A DNA stretch of 64,000 nucleotides from Acidobacteriota bacterium (lineage in GTDB: Bacteria; Acidobacteriota; UBA6911; RPQK01; JAJDTT01): positions 3,872,001 through 3,936,000 of the forward strand of contig OZ242374.1 of assembly GCA_965209055.1 (NCBI GenBank), written 5' to 3'. The notes beneath the pieces are model-generated. The model was not told the origin of the DNA, ran no database searches, and was given only the letters and a program-made list of their open reading frames with translations. Shown in pieces: positions 37,829 to 48,053 of this stretch. The position numbers and the translations under genes are program-made. Every line of letters starts with the position of its first letter. Position 1 is the first letter of the stretch.

Positions 37829-38433
37829 TTGAAGACTGTCCCAGTCATGTAGCGACTTATGCGGCGGGGTGCACTGGTCACCTCCGGCAAGCAATGAGCC
37901 CGGAGTTGACACTTCTGGCAGCGTTCGTCATTGGGAGCGTCCGGCAATTTTCCGGAAAGCACCTGACTCCGGATCGCCTCAACGATTTCCCGGACCTGCG
38001 CTCGGAGTTCTGGCGTGAAAGGAACCCGTAGGCGGCGCCTGGGTCCCCCGTACCAAATGTAGCCTGCCGGTATCTCCACGCCGAGCATTTCTTCCAGGCA
38101 CATGCCCTGCGCGCACACTTGCAGGTCGGCCGTATCGCCGTGTCGCACGCCTGACTTGTATTCGACCGGGCAAACCCGACCGCCATCGATCTCGACCGCG
38201 TCAGCGCGGCCCGAGAGGCCCAGCTCCTCCGACCACAGCGGTATCCCGCGTAGGACGAGCTTCCCACGTTCATGCCGGGAACGACCGGAGTCCACACGCC
38301 GGTGGGCCCGCGAGCCCCTTACGGTGTGTGCATTATCGCTCCATACGCCGTCGCAGTGAATCAGGGCGCACTGCCTCGCGCAATACGCGAAGTGCTCGAT
38401 CGCCGAAATCAGGACGACCGGATCGTCAGTCAA
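37816..38433 (-). CDS. cas4: CRISPR-associated exonuclease Cas4
   Basis: YCARQ, GRADAVE, PVEYK and C-terminal CxxC....C Fe-S ligands. Confidence 0.95.
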   Translation of the reverse strand: MTDDPVVLISAIEHFAYCARQCALIHCDGVWSDNAHTVRGSRAHRRVDSGRSRHERGKLVLRGIPLWSEELGLSGRADAVEIDGGRVCPVEYKSGVRHGDTADLQVCAQGMCLEEMLGVEIPAGYIWYGGPRRRLRVPFTPELRAQVREIVEAIRSQVLSGKLPDAPNDERCQKCQLRAHCLPEVTSAPRRISRYMTGTVFKCAT

Positions 38434-39319
38434 GTCTCTCTGCTCCGAAGCCGCGGGTCGTATCCGAGGTTCCCTTTGCCTCGTAGTTCACACTCCGCCA
38501 CGCCGCGTGGATTCCAAAGCGGGCCCAAGAACTCTTCCGATCGATCCGCCATAGATCGAGGAGCGCGTCAATCCCCGCACAGTTGAGAGGAATGCTCCAG
38601 ACGGGCCAAGCAAAACGAGACCGTGCCCGGCGATCATCTTCCCGCACCCACCCCCGTTGGATCGTGGAGGCGCGGACGCCCTTTCCCGTGCGCGCGTCCG
38701 TCCCGGTCCCCCGCACCGGAAAAAGAGCCAATCCAAAGAACGCTAGCGTCTCCACCACCGGATCAACCCACTTCGAAGCCGCGTCCGCTCCGGACCCCAT
38801 CCGCGCTATATCGAAACCGAGGCCGTTGTTTTCGATTCTCTCGCCCGTGCCCTCAAACGTTCGGCGAAGATCCTCCGTCCCCGGTGTGAAGTGCAGCTTT
38901 AGCAGGCGGTCATGCATGACGTACCCGCGTGGCACTGGCGGATCGAACGGAGAGTGTGCGACGTTACCCTTGTCATCGACGTGGAGGTCGGTGATCGTTG
39001 ACGAGAGCGTCCACGACAGGGGATCTGTGCGTACGGCGGAGGCGCGCGACGCGAATGCGTCCACCGGGACGTTTCTCGGCAGGTCTTCAATATTCGGCCA
39101 CGCCCTCCGAATCGGCATGCTTTCGAGCGTGGAGCGGCTCGGCCAGGAACTCGCCAGGACGGCTACTGGGTCCTCCTGCTGGCAGCATAGAACAGCTTGA
39201 GGCGTGCCCTCTTGTGTCCAACGCAGCCGTAACTTGGGACTGACAACCGTGGCTCCGACCGCTGCAAGCCACGCGTTGATCCACGACGCTGGCAACCCGG
39301 GGCATGTCACTTCCTTCAT
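38426..39319 (-). CDS. csb3: Type I-G large subunit, compact Csb3 (Cas8u2)-like
   Basis: Position directly after cas3, and WLAAVG, LGFD, PVVETLAFFGL and FAWPVWSIPL segments. Confidence 0.7.
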   Translation of the reverse strand: MKEVTCPGLPASWINAWLAAVGATVVSPKLRLRWTQEGTPQAVLCCQQEDPVAVLASSWPSRSTLESMPIRRAWPNIEDLPRNVPVDAFASRASAVRTDPLSWTLSSTITDLHVDDKGNVAHSPFDPPVPRGYVMHDRLLKLHFTPGTEDLRRTFEGTGERIENNGLGFDIARMGSGADAASKWVDPVVETLAFFGLALFPVRGTGTDARTGKGVRASTIQRGWVREDDRRARSRFAWPVWSIPLNCAGIDALLDLWRIDRKSSWARFGIHAAWRSVNYEAKGTSDTTRGFGAERLD

Positions 39320-42147
39320 GGTTTGGCCTCCACCGCGGGTATTGGCACACCGCTGGAGACCGCATGGTCGGCCGTCCGCAAAATAGATTCCATCAACGCC
39401 AGCCCCCAGGGCCCGAAGCTCTCGTTGAGCCGCCTGAATCGAGCTGGCTGTTCCCAGTCGACAACCGAAAGATCGGCGGAGGCTTCCAGCCGGACGCCGT
39501 CGATCTCCGATACCACTATCTCCGCTGCGCCGTCGATCACGGGCGGGATCAGTGGCCGTCCGCCCCCGTGATGGCTGATCACGAGATGGACGAGGAGGTC
39601 GGCTAGTCGAGGGTCAAAATCATTTTCCAATGTATCGATCCAAAGCCGAACCAGCCGTGCGGACAGCGTTTCATGTCGGCCGCCTCGGGGCCAACCGGCC
39701 GCGACTCGCGTTGCGTTCCAACGGTTCTTCGGCATACCCGACTTTGCGAGAAAGGGGGAGGCTCGCCCGTTCGGGGCTGTGGCGTTCGGATTGAGCCAGC
39801 GTTGGAAACGCGGATCAGCCTTGCCGGTGTCATGCCACCGGCCAGCGAGTATGATCACGTTAACGAGTTCCGAGGGAAGTCCAACCTGTTCCGCGATCGA
39901 ACGGGACATGATCCCCACCGCTTCTCCGTGAGTATCGAGGAGAACCGCCGTCGGGGCGAGTGAAGTCTCATCGAGTTCTTCGCTTGATTGTTCCGTCCTG
40001 CCGTCGGCAGGAAGACGAAAGCGCGGAACCTCGTTGGGCGAAAAAACCACCCTCGGTTCAAGGGCTTCCAGGAAGTCTCGCCATTCGGCCTCTTCCCACC
40101 CTGCGGGTGTGGTCTCGGACATAGCTTGGAGGAACTGTTCAGCGGCATCCTGCCGCTCGGCCTCGTCTATTTCCTCCTCGTCCGGGACATGCCCCAAAGC
40201 CTTCCGGAGCAGACTCCGCAAAGGTACGTTGCCAGACGCCGTTTCAAGGGGTTTGGTCAGAGAAACGCCGCCCATTCGTTGAATCGCCTCCTCATCAAGT
40301 GGCAATCCCCGAGCGGCGATCGACACGTCGAAGACAGGAGAAGTCGAATCGGGATTCCAGCCGAATTCGTCAAGCAGACCCCTGTCGGACGGAAGCAGGA
40401 CAACGTCTCCGGGACGGAGTTTCCTGATCGGGATGGACTCGATGGTGATCTGGTCGGTGCGGAGACGCTTGACTTCTTCATCCTCGCCGATGGCCCTTTT
40501 TATTGCGCCGATCGGGACGTTCACGACCTCACGGTCGAAGGGGCGCGGCCAGAGCCGTTGCTCGGCAACCGGGACGTGGCCCCGCCAGATGACCGACACT
40601 GTGTAGTCGATGCCTGAGATGCCGGAGAAATACGGCTCTACCGGGGCCTCTTCCAGAGGTGGCGTTGTAGTCTTAATCCATTCCCACAAGAGACCGTTGA
40701 GGATCTCTGGCGCACGTCCCGGATCGTCGCTCGGCTCTCGGAGTATTTCCGAGACCCTCCTTGGCGAAAGATCAACACTCGCCTTGGCCGGATCCAGGGA
40801 ATTCTTTAATCGTTCCAGCACCGTGTCTGGTTCAGTACCATAGACAGGCCACTCAGCCGGACCCGTCCTCTTGCGCGCTCCCCGTTTCTTGGGAGGCGTA
40901 TGGGCATACACGCCCCGTGCATGATCGAAGTGACCGAGGCGGTTGAGGCGACCCAACCGCTGGGTGAGCGCACGGACGCCGCAGGTTTCGGTGACCAGGT
41001 ACTCCGCGTCAATATCGGCACCCACCTCAAGTGTCTGAGTGGCGATGACAATCAGGTGCCGCGACCGTGCCGTGCCGGGGTTGCGGTCCGCAGCCATGCC
41101 CTCGACTCCGTCCAGGATCCGCGTTCGGATGAATTCCGCCTCCCGCTCCCGGGTTCGGCCTGTCAGGAGGAGCGTGTCGGCAGCCGATGCCGGGAATCGC
41201 TTCCGTAGAAGCGTGAGGACCCCTCGGGCCGTATCCGGCGTGTTGGCGAAGACCAGACATGACGAAGACGGCGACGCCTTCAGAAGATCCTCCACGGCCT
41301 CCGTCAAGTGCCGAACGGGGTCGCCCGATGAGCGGACTCGAATCGTCACCGGCTTGCTGGCGTCGAGCCTTTGCCCCACGGTAGCATTGCCTTCGTCGTC
41401 CGCGTTGAGATCAAATCGATCTCCCTCCGGCGCGTCTCCCGTTGCGGTCAGGGCCACAACTTGCGGCCGCGATCGTGGCGCTCCGAGGATCTCTTTCGCC
41501 CCCTTGGTGCATTCCGAGAGCGCGGAGACAAGGTTCGTGAGATGTCGGGCCAGGTGCGCTTCATCCACCAGGAGCAGACAGTCGCTTCCCGCAAACGCCG
41601 CGTCGACTGGGCGCATCATCCGGCTGGTTCCGTAGCCGCGAAACAGCAGACGAGACCCATACATGGGGATAGTCGACAGGAGTACCGCGGGACTGGACGG
41701 ATCGGTCGGACGCTTCGCTCCGACGCCGCCTCGGAGTCGGATTACTTCAAGGGGAGAAGCCGTTGGAGCGGCCGCCAGGGAACGCAAACGCTCTCCCACG
41801 ACGCGAAGGGGCCTCACGTCGCTGCCACGAAGAGTCTCACTGATCCACAGGGCATGTTCTGCGGTGGAATCGACAAGGAGCCGCCGGTTGACCAGCCACC
41901 AAATCCGGGTCGGGGCCGTGCGCTCGCTGGGTGGCCGTTCAGCTTGCGACGCCAGCCACCAAACGGCGATGTCCAGGCAGGCCGTCTTTCCCAGCCCAGT
42001 GGGAACCCCGATTTCAGTCGGCCAACGGTCTGATTCCGCGACCTTCTCCGCGAGTCGTGCCTGCCACGGGAAGGGCGGGCGCTCGTTGAGTGCCTGGTAG
42101 AACTCCGGGAACGTCGGCATCGGGTCCAGTCGTGGCGCATCAAACAT
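39316..42147 (-). CDS. cas3: Type I-G Cas3 helicase with C-terminal HD nuclease
   Basis: PTGLGKT, DEAH, LTAT and QRLGRLNR. C-terminal H...HDTGK...RHE...SHHG...ADH. Confidence 0.95.
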   Translation of the reverse strand: MFDAPRLDPMPTFPEFYQALNERPPFPWQARLAEKVAESDRWPTEIGVPTGLGKTACLDIAVWWLASQAERPPSERTAPTRIWWLVNRRLLVDSTAEHALWISETLRGSDVRPLRVVGERLRSLAAAPTASPLEVIRLRGGVGAKRPTDPSSPAVLLSTIPMYGSRLLFRGYGTSRMMRPVDAAFAGSDCLLLVDEAHLARHLTNLVSALSECTKGAKEILGAPRSRPQVVALTATGDAPEGDRFDLNADDEGNATVGQRLDASKPVTIRVRSSGDPVRHLTEAVEDLLKASPSSSCLVFANTPDTARGVLTLLRKRFPASAADTLLLTGRTREREAEFIRTRILDGVEGMAADRNPGTARSRHLIVIATQTLEVGADIDAEYLVTETCGVRALTQRLGRLNRLGHFDHARGVYAHTPPKKRGARKRTGPAEWPVYGTEPDTVLERLKNSLDPAKASVDLSPRRVSEILREPSDDPGRAPEILNGLLWEWIKTTTPPLEEAPVEPYFSGISGIDYTVSVIWRGHVPVAEQRLWPRPFDREVVNVPIGAIKRAIGEDEEVKRLRTDQITIESIPIRKLRPGDVVLLPSDRGLLDEFGWNPDSTSPVFDVSIAARGLPLDEEAIQRMGGVSLTKPLETASGNVPLRSLLRKALGHVPDEEEIDEAERQDAAEQFLQAMSETTPAGWEEAEWRDFLEALEPRVVFSPNEVPRFRLPADGRTEQSSEELDETSLAPTAVLLDTHGEAVGIMSRSIAEQVGLPSELVNVIILAGRWHDTGKADPRFQRWLNPNATAPNGRASPFLAKSGMPKNRWNATRVAAGWPRGGRHETLSARLVRLWIDTLENDFDPRLADLLVHLVISHHGGGRPLIPPVIDGAAEIVVSEIDGVRLEASADLSVVDWEQPARFRRLNESFGPWGLALMESILRTADHAVSSGVPIPAVEAKP

Positions 42148-43573
42148 CGAGAGCCTTGCCCCAGGAGCAATTGACGCATAGGCCGAGCCCCCGCTGGCGA
42201 GCGGAGCCGACCACGACCGGTCCCTCTACGGGGTTCGCGAACCAGAGTTGGATGTGCGAATAGGGAAGTCCGGGCCTTCCGGGTCGGTTTACCTCGACAG
42301 GTGCGAGATCAACCCCGCCGGCGATGAGCGGTGAACGCGCCGACCGGAAAGCTACCGGCGCGGGAAGTCCCGCGTGTTCGCACCACCTCGACACTTCCGC
42401 GAGGTCGAGGGGCACGCGGCGTTCGTGGACCGCCGGAAACACCGAAACCCAAGAGCGCGCGGTGCGAATCCAACGCGCTGGAGTGGCAGCGACGGGCCGC
42501 CTCTCACCAGTGTATGGGGCGACGGACACGTCTACGCCACCGCCTCGCAACCGACTAACGGCTCCGGCAGCCTGCCGAACTCGATGCTGCAGCACTGCCT
42601 CGCAGCCCGGTGGCAACCAGAGGGCCAAGCCGTGGATTCGGCCGCGGGATCGCGGGAATCCTGCGTCCGGCAGCGCGAGGAAGCGGGCCAGATCATAGCC
42701 CCGCCGCTCGAATCCGTGACCATGCAAGACGGCGGGTGGTTCGCCATAGAGTCGTTGATAGGTGGCGAGTACGGCCTTCTTAAAGAGCGAAGTGACGACA
42801 GACACACGGCGTCCGGAGACCGAAGTCTCCATACGGAGCCATGCGACTACGCTGCCTCGATCAACACTCTCATCCGGTGTTGGAGAGTGGTACTTGGCTT
42901 CGTGTCTGAGCGCGGGGAACTGAGTGCGGGCTACCGTGGCACCACGCACCACCCAGGCATCGTAGACGCTATCCAGCAAGCGCAAATCGCCCTTTCTGGA
43001 AACCCGGATATGCACATTCCCCTCCGCGTGCGGCCGAAATACGTCGTCCGGCACCTGTCGCTCAGGCATTCTCGTTTGAACACGAATTCGAACCGGGGAA
43101 TCGGCTGTTCCGAGGTATCCGATGCGGGCCGCCCGCAGCCGCAGGCCGTTCACGACATCGGCTGGACAGGAGGTTTTCCAGATGTACACGATGCTGCGGT
43201 AGCGCGGTGAAACACGTACACCGGGTCGGACCTGCACGCCTTGGCGGCCGATGTATTCGAGATGAGCAAGGATTTGCTTCCTTGCGGTGGCAAACCTCGG
43301 GTCGGCGCGCGCGACGTAACGGGGGTGTAGCCGTTGGTGGCAAGGCGTCCCATGCGCGTGGATCACCGGTGGCGGAAGCTTCTCGAGCCACTCCAACTCG
43401 GCTCCGGTAGTGACACGGAGCCGGTCTCTCGTCCCGTCCGCAGCCACGAACGCGGCAAACAGGCGTGAGGGGGCTGGCGGCCATTCGCCCCTACCCAGAT
43501 GACCGGTGGTCGAGGAGCCATCGGGGTCCGCGCGGAACGTGCCATGGAGGAGCTCAACGGAGATCGCCAGCAT
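42140..43573 (-). CDS. csb2: Csb2 (Cas5-Cas6 fusion)
   Basis: EWPPAPSRLFAA, IGYLG and a C-terminal Gly-rich loop GPVVVGSARQRGLGL. TAATG coupling to csb1. Confidence 0.92.
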   Translation of the reverse strand: MLAISVELLHGTFRADPDGSSTTGHLGRGEWPPAPSRLFAAFVAADGTRDRLRVTTGAELEWLEKLPPPVIHAHGTPCHQRLHPRYVARADPRFATARKQILAHLEYIGRQGVQVRPGVRVSPRYRSIVYIWKTSCPADVVNGLRLRAARIGYLGTADSPVRIRVQTRMPERQVPDDVFRPHAEGNVHIRVSRKGDLRLLDSVYDAWVVRGATVARTQFPALRHEAKYHSPTPDESVDRGSVVAWLRMETSVSGRRVSVVTSLFKKAVLATYQRLYGEPPAVLHGHGFERRGYDLARFLALPDAGFPRSRGRIHGLALWLPPGCEAVLQHRVRQAAGAVSRLRGGGVDVSVAPYTGERRPVAATPARWIRTARSWVSVFPAVHERRVPLDLAEVSRWCEHAGLPAPVAFRSARSPLIAGGVDLAPVEVNRPGRPGLPYSHIQLWFANPVEGPVVVGSARQRGLGLCVNCSWGKALDV

Positions 43574-44778
43574 TAGTCGTCCAAGTCGGGCCAAGTAGCG
43601 AGAATCGCCTTGCGCAGGTTGTCCTTGGGAGTCAGGGGAAGCGGGGGCGAGTCCCAACCTTCGAGCGGTACTCCCACGGACTTCGCGTACTCCAAGGCGC
43701 CGTGGAGTAACTTGCCGGTTCGCGCGGCGCCGCCGAGGTCGATCTCCACATCTCCGCTCTCTCCGAGCCAAGTCGCAGTGCGTTTCGTGGGTCGCAATTC
43801 CGCCCCGGATCGCAGCGCGAACCCACGTCCGAATGCAAGCATGTGGGCGTGCAGCCCTAGCAAGACCAGCAGGGCTCGAGCCGCTGAGTCGGCCTTTGCG
43901 GAATGATCAGGTCCGAGAGCGACTCGTCGCAGCTGGGCAAGCGAGAGGGTCGCGCGCTGCGTGACCTTCGCGAACGAAACCGCCGCGGCGGCCGCCTCGT
44001 CGCCCATAAAGGGCACCTGGCCGTGGCCGATCTCGGAGAGTTTGTCTTTTCTGCCACCCTCGATTTCCTTCAGCTTCGCGGTTCCAATTTCCCAGTGCAG
44101 GCGATCGTCCGGGTTCGAGGCCAACACCTCGTCGGTGTTGAGGTTCAGCGGGTCCCCCTTGAGGCCGAGGACGCGCGTGTTGTTGGCCGCCGGTTTCCAT
44201 CCGATGATTTCCGAGACCCATGCTCGTGCATGTTTCGTGTTGTGGCGCTTCTTCCCCAGATGCGACTGCCAGAACCCGTAGAGGAGCGCTTGGGGAAACC
44301 ACGCCATGAGTGGCCCGCAGGCTTCCGGGGTGGCGGCCAGGATGGCTTGCCCGAGGTCGGTTCGAACGAAGTCGACGCCGTCAAGCTGCGCGTCGCGGAG
44401 GTAGGCGTCTGCGTTCCGATGCGGGAACTGGAGACTCGATATTTTTGATGGCAGGTGCGCTGGTAGGTTGGTCAACTCGGAGAGGTCGAGGACCAACTCC
44501 GGGACGAGGACGGACGCCCGATGCCGACGGAGCGCATCCTCAAGCCGGTTGGCCTGCGCAGGCACATTGTCGATCACGATGACCGGCGTGGCTTCCTCGT
44601 CGTAAGAGGATGCCCACCTGCGATCTTCCTGGTATCTCCCACCCTCGTAGACCGCAGGCTTCACAGGTCCGCCCGGTCCGGCAAGAGACTCGAGTTCCGT
44701 GTCGATCCGCAGCCCGTCCTCGAACGACGTATCCGCGCACGCTGCCACGAGCGAATCAAGCCTTATCTGTTTCTTCAC
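43573..44778 (-). CDS. csb1: Csb1 (Cas7g) backbone subunit
   Basis: VKPAVY, IDNVPAQANRLE, PHRNADA, LLYGFWQS, LSEIGHGQVP and LRSGAEL. Confidence 0.92.
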   Translation of the reverse strand: MKKQIRLDSLVAACADTSFEDGLRIDTELESLAGPGGPVKPAVYEGGRYQEDRRWASSYDEEATPVIVIDNVPAQANRLEDALRRHRASVLVPELVLDLSELTNLPAHLPSKISSLQFPHRNADAYLRDAQLDGVDFVRTDLGQAILAATPEACGPLMAWFPQALLYGFWQSHLGKKRHNTKHARAWVSEIIGWKPAANNTRVLGLKGDPLNLNTDEVLASNPDDRLHWEIGTAKLKEIEGGRKDKLSEIGHGQVPFMGDEAAAAAVSFAKVTQRATLSLAQLRRVALGPDHSAKADSAARALLVLLGLHAHMLAFGRGFALRSGAELRPTKRTATWLGESGDVEIDLGGAARTGKLLHGALEYAKSVGVPLEGWDSPPLPLTPKDNLRKAILATWPDLDD

Positions 44779-45307
44779 ATTGTCCTCCGGATGCCGGTGG
44801 CCTTTAAAACGGTTTCAATTTGATCAAAAAAGGGAGATTTCATACGAGATTTCCTGGGGCCGGTGCGAACTCGAACACGCATAGCAACAGCAACTGTTGA
44901 TTTTCGTCCCCTGTGGGGCTGGCACCGACCCAAGCGGGTGATCATCACGGGGGCGGCCGATGAAGGAAACCGTCCCCCGATATCGCTCCGAGAGAGTGAA
45001 GACGGATCGAAAGTGTCTTCCATGTGGGAACGATTACCGTCCAGAATGAATGAAGGGTTCTCTGCGAAAGACCCCTTACCATGAATGACCTTAACAGCAA
45101 TGGATGACTGTAAACAGGAAGGATATCAATAGGAAGTGATCCTAGTCTGACGATGTGGTCCATTTATCTGATTGTTCTATGAATTTTTCCCGAAGTCGCT
45201 ATCATTGCCCCGCAGAGTCCGATGCGTCTCCAACCCGGCTCCGGGATCGTGACGCTGTATGGGACGCTGAACCGGGTTTAGTAGTGGGCTCCGACAAGGA
45301 GGGGCGA

Positions 45308-45442
45308 ATGCAGAGTCCCGGCGAACTGAGGCGAGAGATCGAGGCGCTGTGGGATCTCATCTACAAGCTCAGCGCCGCCCAACTGCGGATCAGCGTGAGC
45401 ATCGACGTCCGCACCGTCCTGCAGGAGGTCATCGAGAGCGCT
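45308..45442 (+). pseudogene. 5' fragment of a GAF-type sensor/kinase gene
   Basis: AAGGAGG RBS. MQSPGELRREIEAL...LRISVSIDVRTVLQEVIESA resembles a coiled coil entering a GAF domain, then the similarity stops. Confidence 0.45.
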
Positions 45443-45460
45443 TGGAGTCCATCCCAAACC

Positions 45461-45709
45461 GTGAGCCAGGAGAATCGCCAGGACGCTGATCGCATAGGGG
45501 ATTCCGAGAATGAAGTTCGGCCACACGAGGAAACCCGCCGTGTCGGATGCGGATTGACCGTTGCCCATCATGTCGCTGGTATACCAGAGCGACCCGGTCC
45601 ACAGGGTTGTGGCGAGGGTGACGAGGAGCAGCAGAAGGGCCAGCTTGAAACGGGGCTTCTCCGGCACCGGCGCCGGCCAGTTCTTGTCTTGGGGAGGACG
45701 TTCCGTCAC
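45461..45709 (-). pseudogene. Truncated site-2 (M50) protease
   Basis: LLLLVTLATT...GIPYAISVLAILLAH breaks exactly at the expected HExxH motif. Confidence 0.65.
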
Positions 45710-45739
45710 CGACGGAGGACTCGTCCGGAGGCAGGGAGA

Positions 45740-46006
45740 TCAGCCGGAGCGGATTTCTTTCCCGGGTTTGAAGCGAACGGTCTTGCCGGGAGGAATGGGG
45801 ACCACGGCTCCCGTCCTGGGGTTGCGGCCGATGCCACGCTTGCGCGGTTTGACGAGAAAGACTCCAAAGCCCCGCAATTCAATGCGTTCCCCATGCTTCA
45901 GGGCACGCTTCAACACCTCCAGCACGGTGTCGACGGCCTCTTCGGACCTCACTTTGGTCAATCCCACCTTTTCGGAGACGCGTGACACAATCTCTTGTTT
46001 GATCAC
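45740..46006 (-). CDS. HU/IHF family DNA-binding protein
   Basis: IELRGFGVF, GRNPRTG and VRFKPGKE. Confidence 0.95.
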   Translation of the reverse strand: MIKQEIVSRVSEKVGLTKVRSEEAVDTVLEVLKRALKHGERIELRGFGVFLVKPRKRGIGRNPRTGAVVPIPPGKTVRFKPGKEIRSG

Positions 46007-46100
46007 AGCTTGGAAGTGCCCCCTGAGGTGCTAGCGGGTGTCTTATAGTGGGCATAGGTTCGGGATGTCAAGGTTCGGTTCAGGCTCCTCAAGTGAGAAG

Positions 46101-46427
46101 TTAATCTGGAGTCGGAAATGGACTTTTCCGGGAGGACCGGTCGGAGACGAGGAAGGAGCGGCGGATCACCCGTCGCCCCTCCTCGATCACTACCATGAGT
46201 GATTTCCCGCCGGGAACCAATCCCGACATCCGGCACTGGTTTGCCCGAAGTCCATGAGGGTGGTCGAGACGCAGTCTCGCAGGTTTCACCGCAGCGGGAA
46301 CAGTCTTTCCGGAAGCTCCGATAGCCGCAGTCCGGACAGCGGTAACGCGGCGGGCGCGGAGCCTCTCCACCGCCTGCCTCCTGAGAGTCTCCAGCCGTTC
46401 CTTGTTGTGGATCTCAGGGATGCTCAT
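46101..46427 (-). CDS. Hypothetical basic protein
   Basis: ORF directly after the structured repeat copy 2; no motif recognised. Confidence 0.35.
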   Translation of the reverse strand: MSIPEIHNKERLETLRRQAVERLRARRVTAVRTAAIGASGKTVPAAVKPARLRLDHPHGLRANQCRMSGLVPGGKSLMVVIEEGRRVIRRSFLVSDRSSRKSPFPTPD

Positions 46428-46462
46428 ACATCCCATATTGCCGGTCACGGGTGTCTTTTATT

Positions 46463-46738
46463 GGCCTTCCCGCCAGGGATATTTTGGAAGGGAGCGACCC
46501 CCCAGGGGGTGTGGCAAAGATGTATATTGCGCCACACCCCCGCGCCCGCACCGGGCAGGAAAAAGGGGGGGTCGCTCCCTTCCACCTCCGCTTTCCCCGT
46601 GCGGGCGCGGCGAAGCCGGGAATGTGGCCGTAACTGCATTAACGACAAAGAGTTCGGGGAAATCGGAGGTGTAAGTCAAAAGGCTTCCGGGATGGAACTC
46701 GCGTCCATTGTCTCACTTACACTCCCGGATCGGGCGCG
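46463..46738 (-). repeat. 276-bp structured repeat, copy 2
   Basis: Reverse-complement homolog of 33095-33370. Outer stem at 46485-46503/46566-46584. Confidence 0.85.
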
Positions 46739-46829
46739 GAACCCCACTTTTCAGCGGTCAAGATCGACCTCCCGGAAGCCGGCTCAAACGCCAGATCGCG
46801 AAACCTGCCGGGGGGACGACCACGGCGGA

Positions 46830-48053
46830 TCAACGGAGCCGATCAGATGCCGGTTGCCGACTCTCGCCAGCCAGATAGCCCGCCCAGTCGTCCATCAGAC
46901 GCCTCCGCCGCTCGAACAGGTCCGTGCGCCGGTAGGCGGCCTCGACCGGGTTGCGGACCTTGTGCGCCAAAGCCGCCTCCGCCACCTCGCGCGGATGATC
47001 CGTCTCCTCCGCTGCCCAGTCGCGAAAGCTCGACCGGAACCCGTGCGGCACCGCCGCGATCGTCAACCCCCGGAGCAGTTCCGACATGGCCGTATTACCG
47101 ATGGGCTTTCCACCCACCCTCGGAAAAACGAGTGGGCTGCCGCCACCGAGCGCCTGCGCCTCCTCCAGGATCTCCAATGCTCGTCGGGCCAAGGGGACCC
47201 GGTGCTCCCGATTCCCCTTCGTCCGTGCGGCCGGGATGGTCCACACTCCTTCCTCCCGGTCGATCTCCTTCCACGCGGCCCCACGGACCTCGCCGGAGCG
47301 TGTCGCCGTCAGGACCAGGAACTCGAACATCAGCTTCAACAACGGCCGCTTGTTAGATGCCCGCACCGTCTGGAGTGCGGACGCCACTTCACCGTGAGGC
47401 AACGCCCGCATGTGACGCACGGCGTTCCCCTGCGAGCCGAGCACCGGCCCAATCCGGTCGCACGGGTTGTCGGGCCGAAGATCCATCGCCACGGCCCACT
47501 CCAGGACCGCGCGGATGCGCTGGCGCAGCTTCCGTGCCGTGGGGGCCTTCTCGTGCCAGATCGGAGCGAGGATTCCGATCACGTCGGCGCTCGTCACCTC
47601 CGCAATCGGCATCTTTCCGATATGAGGCAGGACGTGGCGCTCCAGGCTTCCCAGCCAGAGCTGCGCATGCAGGGGGGAGCGCCAGCCCGGACGCAACTGC
47701 TTCCAGACCGTCCGGGCGGCGTCCGCGAAGGTGGGCATCGACTCGGCCCGCCGCCTCTCGGCCCGGGGGTCGCCCCCGTCGCGGGCCAGCTTCCGGTTGG
47801 CGAACGCCTTCTCGCGCGCTTCCTTGAGCGAGACGAGGGGGAATCCGCCGAGGCCGAGCTCGGTTCGGCGGCCCCGGATCGTGATGCGCTGGATCCAGCC
47901 CCGGCTGCCCGTGGGCCGGACGTCGAGATAGAGGCCTTGGCCGTCGCAATAGCGTCCGGCCTGGTTCACGTTGCGGACAAAGGCCGGTGTCAGAGCATTG
48001 AGGGGATGCCGACCGCGCGGCTTGCGTTTCGGAGGTCGTTTTGTAAGTCTCAT
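46830..48053 (-). CDS. P4-like tyrosine integrase
   Basis: Arm-binding N-terminus (DGQGLYL, LGGFPLVSLKEAR). Catalytic residues in TATRSGE, RTK, HGFR, LAH and AAY are intact. Confidence 0.93.
   Translation of the reverse strand: MRLTKRPPKRKPRGRHPLNALTPAFVRNVNQAGRYCDGQGLYLDVRPTGSRGWIQRITIRGRRTELGLGGFPLVSLKEAREKAFANRKLARDGGDPRAERRRAESMPTFADAARTVWKQLRPGWRSPLHAQLWLGSLERHVLPHIGKMPIAEVTSADVIGILAPIWHEKAPTARKLRQRIRAVLEWAVAMDLRPDNPCDRIGPVLGSQGNAVRHMRALPHGEVASALQTVRASNKRPLLKLMFEFLVLTATRSGEVRGAAWKEIDREEGVWTIPAARTKGNREHRVPLARRALEILEEAQALGGGSPLVFPRVGGKPIGNTAMSELLRGLTIAAVPHGFRSSFRDWAAEETDHPREVAEAALAHKVRNPVEAAYRRTDLFERRRRLMDDWAGYLAGESRQPASDRLR

Noticed and set aside
44779-45300. Mini-array or CreTA-like RNA upstream of csb1
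   Set aside because: I found no repeat-like sequence by eye.
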